Assembly (NCBI GenBank): GCA_030153385.1 | Contig: JASKJN010000001.1 | Location: forward strand, 1 to 58,862 | Origin: Archaeoglobaceae archaeon | Lineage (GTDB): Archaea; Halobacteriota; Archaeoglobi; Archaeoglobales; Archaeoglobaceae | Direction: 5' to 3' | DNA: 58,862 nucleotides | Part shown: piece by piece, positions 49,207 to 56,995 of the stretch | Layout of the letters: each line of letters begins with the position of its first letter | How positions within the stretch are numbered: the stretch's first letter is position 1 | Notes under the pieces: model-generated | What the model was told of the DNA's origin: nothing | What the model saw: the letters and a program-made list of their open reading frames with translations, nothing else | Databases searched by the model: none | Program-made: the position numbers and the translations under genes

Positions 49207-49624
49207 TTTTGAACCCAAGATCGTTGTTTATGCATGCAATTGGTGCACCTACGCAGCGACTGATCTGGCTGGAACAAGCAGAATGAGTTATCCAGAAAAT
49301 GTCCGTATAATCAGAGTAATGTGCTCTGGTAGAGTGGATCCACAATTCGTTTTGCAAGCATTCGCCGATGGTGCAGATGGGGTAATCGTTGCGGGCTGTC
49401 ATCCGCCAGCTGACTGTCACTACCTTGAGGGTAACTACAAGGCATACAGAAGGTTTGAGCTTTTCAGGAAACTTCTTGAATCTTTTGGAATTGAAAAGGA
49501 GCGCTTTAGACTTGAATGGATTTCTGCAGCTGAAGCTAGCAGGTGGGTTCAAGTTGTTAACGAGATGGTGGCCGAGCTGAAAAAGCTTGGACCACTGAAG
49601 AAGAATCTGGAGGTGAAAGAATGA
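49199..49624 (+). CDS. mvhD: Methyl-viologen-reducing hydrogenase delta subunit (MvhD)
   Basis: IVVYACNWCTYAATDLAG...RVMCSGRVD...VAGCHPPADCHY, the MvhD/FlpD pattern. 141 aa. Confidence 0.9.
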   Translation: MSDFEPKIVVYACNWCTYAATDLAGTSRMSYPENVRIIRVMCSGRVDPQFVLQAFADGADGVIVAGCHPPADCHYLEGNYKAYRRFELFRKLLESFGIEKERFRLEWISAAEASRWVQVVNEMVAELKKLGPLKKNLEVKE

Positions 49625-50652
49625 CGGAGAAGCCAAAAGTTGCCTGGTACTGGTGTGCATCATGTGGCGGATGTGAAGAATCCTTTGTAGATCTCGCTGA
49701 GAGACTTTTGAAAGTATTCGAAGCTGTTGACATCGTATTCTGCCCAGTTGCGATGGATTTCAAGAGAGAAGACGTTGAAAAGCTTCCAGATGGGTCGATA
49801 ACGGTAGCGCTGATAAACGGTGGAATAAGACTGAAGGAGCATGAGGAAATGGTAAAACTGCTCAGGAAAAAGTCAAAAATAGTCATTGCTTATGGAGCCT
49901 GTTCTGCTTGGGGAGGAATTCCCGGGCTTGCAAACCTTTACAATCTCGATGAAGTTATTGAAAGAAAATATTTGGAAGTTCCTACTGTCGAAAATCCAAA
50001 GGAAGTGATGCCAACAAAAAAGACGATTGTTAACATTCCAGAAGCCGGGATAAAGGCGGAAATTGAGCTCACCGAGCCCTTGCCTGTCTTGCTTCCACTT
50101 GATAAGGTTATAGATGTTGATTACTACATTCCAGGCTGTCCCCCAACTCCTGATGTTTTCTGGAACGCTCTTCAGGCCCTGCTCAGCGGTAATTTACCCC
50201 CGAAAGGTTCAGTTATAGGAGCATCGCAGAAATCGGTTTGCGATGAATGCCCGCTTAATGAAACGAAGCCAGAAAAAATACTCGTTAAGGAGTTCAAGAG
50301 ACCTGACAAGGCTATGGCAAAGCCCAATGAGTGCCTTCTTGCTCAGGGATTTCTATGCATGGGACCAGTTACTAGAGGAGGATGTAAATCTTTGTGTCCC
50401 CAAGCAAACATGCCCTGTACGGGTTGCTTTGGAATGCTTGATGGCATAGTAGACTTTGGAGGAAAGGCGATCTCTTACTTCGGAAGCATTCTCGATTACT
50501 CACCACTCGAGGAGAGGGAGATAAAAGATGCATATGAAAAAGTTCCGGACTGGGTGGGAGTTGTCTACAGGTATTCTTTGGCCGCCTCAAAGCTCGGTCA
50601 TAAGGCTAGGTTGAAGAAGGTTGAGCGCATAAAGGAGGTGACTGAAATATGA
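49621..50652 (+). CDS. mvhG: F420-non-reducing [NiFe] hydrogenase small subunit (MvhG)
   Basis: WYWCASCGGCEESF proximal-cluster motif, GCPP, and C-terminal Cys clusters. ATGA overlaps on both sides. Confidence 0.9.
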   Translation: MTEKPKVAWYWCASCGGCEESFVDLAERLLKVFEAVDIVFCPVAMDFKREDVEKLPDGSITVALINGGIRLKEHEEMVKLLRKKSKIVIAYGACSAWGGIPGLANLYNLDEVIERKYLEVPTVENPKEVMPTKKTIVNIPEAGIKAEIELTEPLPVLLPLDKVIDVDYYIPGCPPTPDVFWNALQALLSGNLPPKGSVIGASQKSVCDECPLNETKPEKILVKEFKRPDKAMAKPNECLLAQGFLCMGPVTRGGCKSLCPQANMPCTGCFGMLDGIVDFGGKAISYFGSILDYSPLEEREIKDAYEKVPDWVGVVYRYSLAASKLGHKARLKKVERIKEVTEI

Positions 50653-52103
50653 CAAAGGAAATTGTGATTGATCCAATTACACGCTTGGAAGGTCATGGGA
50701 AGATTATCATAGTACTCAATGATAAGGGAGACTGTGTTAGGGCTTTCTTTCAGATTCCTGAACTGAGAGGGTTTGAGAAATTCGCTGAAGGACGGCATGC
50801 TGAGGACATGCCCCAGATAACCTCGAGGATCTGCGGAGTCTGCCCAACCGCACATCACATGGCCTCAACGAAGGCTCTGGACGATCTTTACAAAGTAGAT
50901 CCGCCTGTTGCTGCGAAGAAGATAAGGGAACTATTCTACAACCTCTTCATGCTTGAAGACCATGCTCTCCACGTATACATCCTTGGCGGTCCTGATTTCA
51001 TCGTTGGCCCAGACGCTCCCAAGGAGGAGAGGAACGTTGTTGGAGTTATCAAAAAGGTCGGACAGGAGGTCGGGCTCAAGGTAATAGGGATGAGGAAGAG
51101 TATAAGGCAGATGATGGAGAGGATCGGTGGAAAAGCAGTTCATCCCGTCTTTGGAGTTCCTGGAGGCATTTCAAAGCCCTTGAACGAAGAGATAGTGAAA
51201 GGTCTGAAGGTTTTGGGAGATCAAGCGATAGAATTTGCCCAGTTCACGCTTAAGGTTTTCAAGGATATAGTTCTCAGCAATAAGAAGTACTTGGACTTGA
51301 TAACAAGCGAGGCCTACACACATCGAACTTATTACATGGGGCTCGTGGACAGCAAGAACAGGGTGAACTTCTACGACGGAATGATCAGAGTAGTGGATCC
51401 AAATGGAAAGGAGTATGCCAAATTCGATGTGCATGAATACACAGAATACATCGCGGAACATGTTGAGCCATGGACGTATATGGACTTCCCATATCTGCGA
51501 AAGATTGGCTGGAAGGGCTTTGTTGATGGAGAACAGAGTGGAATATATGCGGTAGCACCTCTTGCAAGGCTGAATGTTGCAGATGGCATGGCGACGCCAC
51601 TGGCTCAGGAAGCATACGAGGAAATGTTCGAAATGCTCGGAAAGCCCGCTCATTACACTCTAGCGATGCACTGGGCAAGAGTCATAGAGATGATTCAGGC
51701 GGCTGAATGCATTAAGGAACTCGCAAACGATCCTGATATCCTTGACCAGAATGTAAGAAATGTACCGACCGCCACGCCGAGTGTTGGAGTGGGCGTTGTC
51801 GAAGCACCAAGAGGGACGCTGATACATCACTACGAGACTGACGAGAGGGGAGTGATAAGGAGGGCAAATCTCTTGGTTGCTACACAGCACAACATCGGAA
51901 GAATTTCGCTTTCAATAGACAAGGCAGCGAGAAGTCTGATCAGGGGTGGAGTGGTTAACGACGGACTTCTTAACATGGTTGAAATGGCATTCAGAGCCTA
52001 CGATCCATGCAATGCATGCGGAACACATACACTGCCTGGCTCGTCGCCTGTGCCGATATTCATTTACAATACTAGCGGAGAGCTTTTAAGAGTTATTCAT
52101 TAA
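50649..52103 (+). CDS. mvhA: F420-non-reducing [NiFe] hydrogenase large subunit (MvhA)
   Basis: RLEGHGKI, RICGVCPTAHH (N-terminal Ni ligands) and DPCNACGTH (C-terminal ligands), followed by a cleavable extension. Confidence 0.9.
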   Translation: MTKEIVIDPITRLEGHGKIIIVLNDKGDCVRAFFQIPELRGFEKFAEGRHAEDMPQITSRICGVCPTAHHMASTKALDDLYKVDPPVAAKKIRELFYNLFMLEDHALHVYILGGPDFIVGPDAPKEERNVVGVIKKVGQEVGLKVIGMRKSIRQMMERIGGKAVHPVFGVPGGISKPLNEEIVKGLKVLGDQAIEFAQFTLKVFKDIVLSNKKYLDLITSEAYTHRTYYMGLVDSKNRVNFYDGMIRVVDPNGKEYAKFDVHEYTEYIAEHVEPWTYMDFPYLRKIGWKGFVDGEQSGIYAVAPLARLNVADGMATPLAQEAYEEMFEMLGKPAHYTLAMHWARVIEMIQAAECIKELANDPDILDQNVRNVPTATPSVGVGVVEAPRGTLIHHYETDERGVIRRANLLVATQHNIGRISLSIDKAARSLIRGGVVNDGLLNMVEMAFRAYDPCNACGTHTLPGSSPVPIFIYNTSGELLRVIH

Positions 52104-52113
52104 ATTTTTATTT

Positions 52114-52563
52114 ATGCCTTTAATTTTGTTTTTGGGAAACTCCATTTATGCAGAGGACAGAATCGGATTATTAGTTGGCGAAATTTTGAAGGAAAGGCTT
52201 GAGGTAGAAGGATTCGAGGTTGAAATTCTTGAAAGGACAGGCTATACGCTGATCGATCACATGGCTGGCAGAGATTGCGTGATCGTTGTTGACAGCATTC
52301 CTGGAGAATATGGAGAGGTTGTTGTGATCAAGGATTTAAAAGATTTAGCAATTCGATCTCCAAGATCTCCTCATTATGCGGGTCTTCCAGAGGCAATAGA
52401 GCTTATGAAAGCATTGAATTTGTCCCCTCCAGAAAGAATTTTCGTTATCGGGATAGGGATTAGGGACCCATTCATGATAGGTGAAAAGGTATCCAAAGAA
52501 CTTGAGAACAAGATTGAAAAGATTGCGGAGAAGGTATACTGTGAGATAAAGAATTTATTTTAA
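52114..52563 (+). CDS. Hydrogenase maturation endopeptidase
   Basis: 149 aa. The LILFLGNSIYAEDRIG, VVDS and PHYAGL pattern is typical of HycI/FrhD-type proteases. It lies directly after the large subunit. Confidence 0.7.
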   Translation: MPLILFLGNSIYAEDRIGLLVGEILKERLEVEGFEVEILERTGYTLIDHMAGRDCVIVVDSIPGEYGEVVVIKDLKDLAIRSPRSPHYAGLPEAIELMKALNLSPPERIFVIGIGIRDPFMIGEKVSKELENKIEKIAEKVYCEIKNLF

Positions 52564-52657
52564 TATATAGATTCATACCATCACAGCTATTTTTCCCCTA
52601 ATCGGGAACTGATGAACTGATGAAAACATATATATGAAGTATCGAGTTCCTATCCCT

Positions 52658-54157
52658 ATGAATACTGTGCTATTAACCGCAGAACGTTGTCTCATGAGCG
52701 ACTACAATGGATCTCTATTTCTCGGCTTTACAGCATGTGCTCCAAGATCTCTTTTCAAACCTTTCCTCTACTTTCGCCTAATTTGCCCTCCGGTTCCAGT
52801 TGAGAATGGCTCTGCCAAAATAGCCCCGTATGGGACAAGAAAAATCGAGGCAACTCTTCTTGAGAATGGTTTCAAAGAAAATGAAGTGAAGATCGTTCCG
52901 CCCGAAAAAATCCGAAAAAGTATTACAGAGGATACAAGAGTCGTGGGCATAACAACAAACGATCCCTTAGGCCTTGGTCCCGCTTCCACAACTTTCTCGG
53001 GAGATAAAGGGCTTGTAAAGGAGGAATCTTTTAACGTCTGGAAGTTTAGAGAACTTTTAGACTCATTGAAGGACACCAATGTGAAGATTGTCGTCGGTGG
53101 ACCAGGGGCTTGGCAATTGGAAGATAGAAATATCCGAAAAAAGCTTGGAATCGATGTAGTGGTGATTGGAGAGGGAGAAGCGGTTGTTTCAGACCTGTTT
53201 AAGAAGATAGTAGCGGGGGAAGAAGTTCCAGAAGTCGTTTACGGTGAGCCAGTGGAACCGGAGAGAATCCCTACTATCCGAGGTGCAAGCGTTGGTGGAA
53301 TAGTGGAGATCGCAAGAGGTTGTGGAAGAGGCTGTAGATTTTGCATGCCTACAATGAGAAAATTCAGACAGATTCCACTTGAGAAAATACTCGAAGAAAT
53401 CAAGGTTAACTGCAAAAATGGAAAGAAATTTATAAATTTCCATGCGGAAGACGTTTTGAGGTATGGTGCAAGGGGATTTGAAGTGAATAAAGAAGCTGTG
53501 CTAAAGCTATTTACTGCAGGGTTAAACTTTGCAGATTCCCTGGGACTGAGTCATTTCTCTTTGGCATCTGCAGCTTCTTCTCCGGACACGATCAGGGGGA
53601 TCTCTGAGTTATTGGAGATACCGAACAGTGAACATCCGTGGATTGCGGGACAAACGGGGATAGAAACTGGAAGCACGAGGTTGATAGAAAACTACATGCC
53701 GGGAAAGGCAAAACCTTTCAGCCCACAGGAATGGTGTGAAGTCGTTGAAACTGCCTTCGGAGTTTGTAGCGACAACAGTTGGGTTCCATGTGCGACACTT
53801 GTCATAGGTTTTCCCGGAGAAACGGAATACGATGTGAGAAAAACTGTAGAATTGGTTGAAAATCTAAGGGAATACAAGAGCCTAATAGTTCCACTCTTCT
53901 TCGTCCCATCTGGCCCTCTTAGATCTCAGAAGGGATTCTCAGCGGAAGAAATGAAGTCTTACCACTGGGAGCTCATGTTGGAGTGCTGGAATCACGATAT
54001 TCATTGGTTAAGACCCCTTGCGGAGGAATATCTTAGAAAATCTCCAGTTTTGAGCAGGAAACTCCTTATGAGATTTGTCGAATGGGTAATTACGAAGGCG
54101 AATCGCAGAGTTCATGAGTTTATAAAAGAGCAAATAGAGGTTGAAAAGTGGCGATAG
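52658..54157 (+). CDS. Radical SAM protein with an N-terminal B12-binding-like domain
   Basis: IARGCGRGCRFC (Cx3Cx2C). The N-terminal LLTAERCLMSDYNGSLFLGF is typical of this archaeal family. The start could also be 52634. Confidence 0.75.
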   Translation: MNTVLLTAERCLMSDYNGSLFLGFTACAPRSLFKPFLYFRLICPPVPVENGSAKIAPYGTRKIEATLLENGFKENEVKIVPPEKIRKSITEDTRVVGITTNDPLGLGPASTTFSGDKGLVKEESFNVWKFRELLDSLKDTNVKIVVGGPGAWQLEDRNIRKKLGIDVVVIGEGEAVVSDLFKKIVAGEEVPEVVYGEPVEPERIPTIRGASVGGIVEIARGCGRGCRFCMPTMRKFRQIPLEKILEEIKVNCKNGKKFINFHAEDVLRYGARGFEVNKEAVLKLFTAGLNFADSLGLSHFSLASAASSPDTIRGISELLEIPNSEHPWIAGQTGIETGSTRLIENYMPGKAKPFSPQEWCEVVETAFGVCSDNSWVPCATLVIGFPGETEYDVRKTVELVENLREYKSLIVPLFFVPSGPLRSQKGFSAEEMKSYHWELMLECWNHDIHWLRPLAEEYLRKSPVLSRKLLMRFVEWVITKANRRVHEFIKEQIEVEKWR

Positions 54158-54227
54158 AAGCAAAAAGGCAAAGCTAATCTAATTTTTAGATAGAAAATTT
54201 TTTAAATCTACCGGATATCGTCCATGT

Positions 54228-54620
54228 ATGGAGACGGAGTTCATAATTCGAACGCTGTTCAAGGCTTATGAAAAAGGGAATTACGTTGTGGGACCGAGTC
54301 ATCTCTCAAAAGAACTCGATATCCCAAAATCTACCGCTCAAAAAATTCTCATACAGCTATCAGAACTCGGCTATGGATTTTATGTTGAAAGAAAGGGGTT
54401 TATATTCTCTGAAAAGGGATTGAGAGAGGGAAAGAGGATCTTGAGGAGGCACAGACTTCTTGAATGCCTTCTCGAGGATCTCGGGATGGATAAATCGGAA
54501 ATTTGCGAAGAGGCTTCAAAAATAGATCTTGCCTTTGGAAGTGGCCTTGAAAGACTTATTGAGGAGAAATATGGGAAAAAGGAGCGATGCCCATGCGGAA
54601 AGCCTATACCTTCTCTTTGA
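54228..54620 (+). CDS. DtxR/MntR-family metal-dependent transcriptional regulator
   Basis: HTH (LSKELDIPKSTAQKILIQLSELGY) and dimerisation/metal region RRHRLLECLLEDLG. Confidence 0.8.
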   Translation: METEFIIRTLFKAYEKGNYVVGPSHLSKELDIPKSTAQKILIQLSELGYGFYVERKGFIFSEKGLREGKRILRRHRLLECLLEDLGMDKSEICEEASKIDLAFGSGLERLIEEKYGKKERCPCGKPIPSL

Positions 54621-55510
54621 TCTTTTTAGTAGTTCTTTTTAGTTCTGCAGATGCAAAAATTCTTGTTTCAATACCCGAACTGGAGAGCATAGCAGAGCGA
54701 ATATCGGGCGAAGAAGTGGAGAGCCTGATTCCACCGGCGGTAGACCCGCATCTTGCCTCCATAGGTTATCAGGAGCTGAGTAGACTGGAAGATGCGGAAA
54801 TCGTTTTGCTTGCGAATTCTAAGCTGATTGAGTTTGAGTCAAAGATTAAGCAGAGCTATGCGGAAAAATGTCTCGATTTTGAAGACTACAACGTGACACT
54901 TTTGGAATTTGCTGGAATTGGGGAGAACCCGCATGCATACTGGCTTTTTCCAGGGAATGCATTGAATATGGCCTTTGCATTGAAAGAGAGACTTGCTGAA
55001 ATTCATCCAGAAATGGCTGAGGAGTTTGAGAAGAATTACGAAAGCTTCAAAAAAGCAATTGAACTTGCGGAGAAGGACGCTGAGAAGATAGTCTCGAAGG
55101 TTAGGGATTACAGCTTTGTTGCCATGGATCCTCATACCGCTTACGCAATCTCCGCATTAGGTCTTAAGGTTTCGTTTGTCTTCCCTGAAGAGATCACTCC
55201 TAGCGCAGAGGAGATCCGCAGAATAAAGCAATTTGAAAACTGCGTTTTAGTCATCGCAGATTATCAGGGGGGAACAAAGATAGGGGAAATGGCTAAACAG
55301 ATCGCCAAGGAAAGCAAATGTGGAATCGCAAAGGTGAAAGTAGTTTCGGATCTGAGCTATGAATCACTGCTGATATCCAACGCTGTAGCTCTTGCAAATC
55401 CCTCATTCATCGAGTCTGAGGAGGACTGGATCCTATATCTACTAATGCTGGTGGTCGTTGCTGAGGCTTTGGCTATGGTGGTCATATGGCAGTCAAGGCG
55501 AAGAACCTGA
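54587..55510 (+). CDS. Metal (Zn/Mn/Fe) ABC transporter substrate-binding protein (ZnuA/TroA-like) with a C-terminal TM anchor
   Basis: Signal peptide with no lipobox Cys, a cluster-9 SBP-like body (DPH...H), and C-terminus WILYLLMLVVVAEALAMVVIWQSRRRT. Confidence 0.75.
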   Translation: MPMRKAYTFSLIFLVVLFSSADAKILVSIPELESIAERISGEEVESLIPPAVDPHLASIGYQELSRLEDAEIVLLANSKLIEFESKIKQSYAEKCLDFEDYNVTLLEFAGIGENPHAYWLFPGNALNMAFALKERLAEIHPEMAEEFEKNYESFKKAIELAEKDAEKIVSKVRDYSFVAMDPHTAYAISALGLKVSFVFPEEITPSAEEIRRIKQFENCVLVIADYQGGTKIGEMAKQIAKESKCGIAKVKVVSDLSYESLLISNAVALANPSFIESEEDWILYLLMLVVVAEALAMVVIWQSRRRT

Positions 55511-56205
55511 GTTTTTCCTATGGGAAAAATTTTGCACTACAGAATCTAAGCTTCGAAATAGTGAGAGGCGAATTTGTTGCGGTTCTTGGACCAAATGGGG
55601 CAGGAAAAACGACTTTACTGAAGTGCATTCTTGGAATACTCAAAGCAGAGGGAGAGCTGGAAGTTTTGGGATGCGATCCCAGAAGAGATCGAAGAATACT
55701 CAAAAGAATTTCCTATGTTCCTCAGAGAAGCTCTTTAACCTTGGATTTGCCCATAACCGTTGAAAAAGTGCTCAGGATGTATACAAAGGAACTTGACTGG
55801 GAAATTTTAAAGGAGCTGGAAATTGAAGATAAAATGGATTTTCTATTCAGAGAGCTAAGCGGTGGTTTTCAGCAGAGAGTTTTGATCGCAAGAGCTTTGA
55901 TGAAAAAACCGGAGCTTTTACTCCTCGACGAACCATTCAACGGCGTAGATCTCGTGAGCCAGGAAAAGATCGTTGAGATACTCGAAAGCACTAATATAAC
56001 TACGATCATGGTTCTGCACAACATAAACCCCGTTCTGCACGCTCTGGATAGAGTCATGCTTCTGAATAAAGAAATAATCGCGTTTGGAAGTCCTAAGGAT
56101 GTTTTCACAAAAGAAAACATGCTGAAACTGTATAAAACCGAAATTCCGCTCATCATCTGCGAAGAGGGCTTTATTCACCCGTTATACGGTGATCACCATG
56201 GATAA
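55486..56205 (+). CDS. Metal ABC transporter ATP-binding protein
   Basis: Walker A GPNGAGKTT, signature LSGGFQQR and Walker B LLLLDEP. Confidence 0.9.
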   Translation: MAVKAKNLSFSYGKNFALQNLSFEIVRGEFVAVLGPNGAGKTTLLKCILGILKAEGELEVLGCDPRRDRRILKRISYVPQRSSLTLDLPITVEKVLRMYTKELDWEILKELEIEDKMDFLFRELSGGFQQRVLIARALMKKPELLLLDEPFNGVDLVSQEKIVEILESTNITTIMVLHNINPVLHALDRVMLLNKEIIAFGSPKDVFTKENMLKLYKTEIPLIICEEGFIHPLYGDHHG

Positions 56206-56995
56206 GATCCTTCTTTCAGTTTTTCTAATCTCACTGCTTGTAGCGATCTCGGGAAACCTTGCGGTCTTTAGAAAAGCGACTTTTCTTATCGCTGGTGTAG
56301 CCCATTCTGCATTGGCAGGTGTTGCTCTCTCTCTTCTACTGAATTCTTTTGGTATAACCATAGACTGCTTTTTCTTGGCTTTCATAATCTCTATCGTCTT
56401 TGCAATCCTTGCGTCCATGATTTCGAAGTTCAGCGACATCGATACGGGAATAGCGATCTCTTTCGCTCTTTCAATGTCTCTTGCAGTCATTTTCCTGTCC
56501 CTGATCCGTGGGATGTCCGCAAAGGTATGGAGTTATCTCTTTGGCGAAATTTTATTAGTAACGACCCAAGACCTCATCTATCTGACCTTCTCCGCAATCA
56601 TCGCGATTATACTCTTCGGAGTCCTTTACGACAGGCTCATTTTCTTTCTATTCGATCCAGAAGGAGCTGAGGCGTCAGGAATAAGTTCGAAACTTCTTGA
56701 TCTAATTCTCGTTACGATTATCGCGATTTCGGTCGTCTCAGCTTTGAGATCTGTTGGCGCAATTCTCGCTTATTCGATCTTTGTCGCTCCCGCTGCGATC
56801 GCAAAAGAGTTCTCGAGAAGCGTAAAGCAGAGCCTAATTATTACCTTCGGAATCACCATTATTTCCTTATTGCTTGGAATCTCTGCTTCCTTTGTCTTTC
56901 CAGTCTCTGCAAGCGCATTATCTGCCTTTATAGCCTCCGCGTTATATCTTGCATCTTTCTATATAAAAAGTAAATTTTTTACTACAGCTTCCTGA
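56198..56995 (+). CDS. Metal ABC transporter permease (ZnuB/TroC-like)
   Basis: Polytopic membrane protein of ~265 aa with the family-typical GVAHSALAGVAL segment. The ATG at 56198 is preceded by GGTGA; an alternative GTG is at 56189. Confidence 0.85.
   Translation: MDKILLSVFLISLLVAISGNLAVFRKATFLIAGVAHSALAGVALSLLLNSFGITIDCFFLAFIISIVFAILASMISKFSDIDTGIAISFALSMSLAVIFLSLIRGMSAKVWSYLFGEILLVTTQDLIYLTFSAIIAIILFGVLYDRLIFFLFDPEGAEASGISSKLLDLILVTIIAISVVSALRSVGAILAYSIFVAPAAIAKEFSRSVKQSLIITFGITIISLLLGISASFVFPVSASALSAFIASALYLASFYIKSKFFTTAS

Noticed and set aside
45929-52103. Looked for in-frame TGA (selenocysteine) in the hdrA, mvhD and mvhA homologues, as in Vhu-type systems of some methanogens.
   Set aside because: All ORFs are uninterrupted, and Cys is present at the relevant positions (for example DPCNACGTH).
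52606-52625. Tandem GAACTGAT GAACTGAT GAAAAC containing two CUGAUGA (box C/D-like) strings upstream of the radical SAM gene.
   Set aside because: Too short and compressed for a C/D sRNA: no guide-length spacers, no terminal stem and no separate D box. It is more likely a promoter-proximal repeat or chance.
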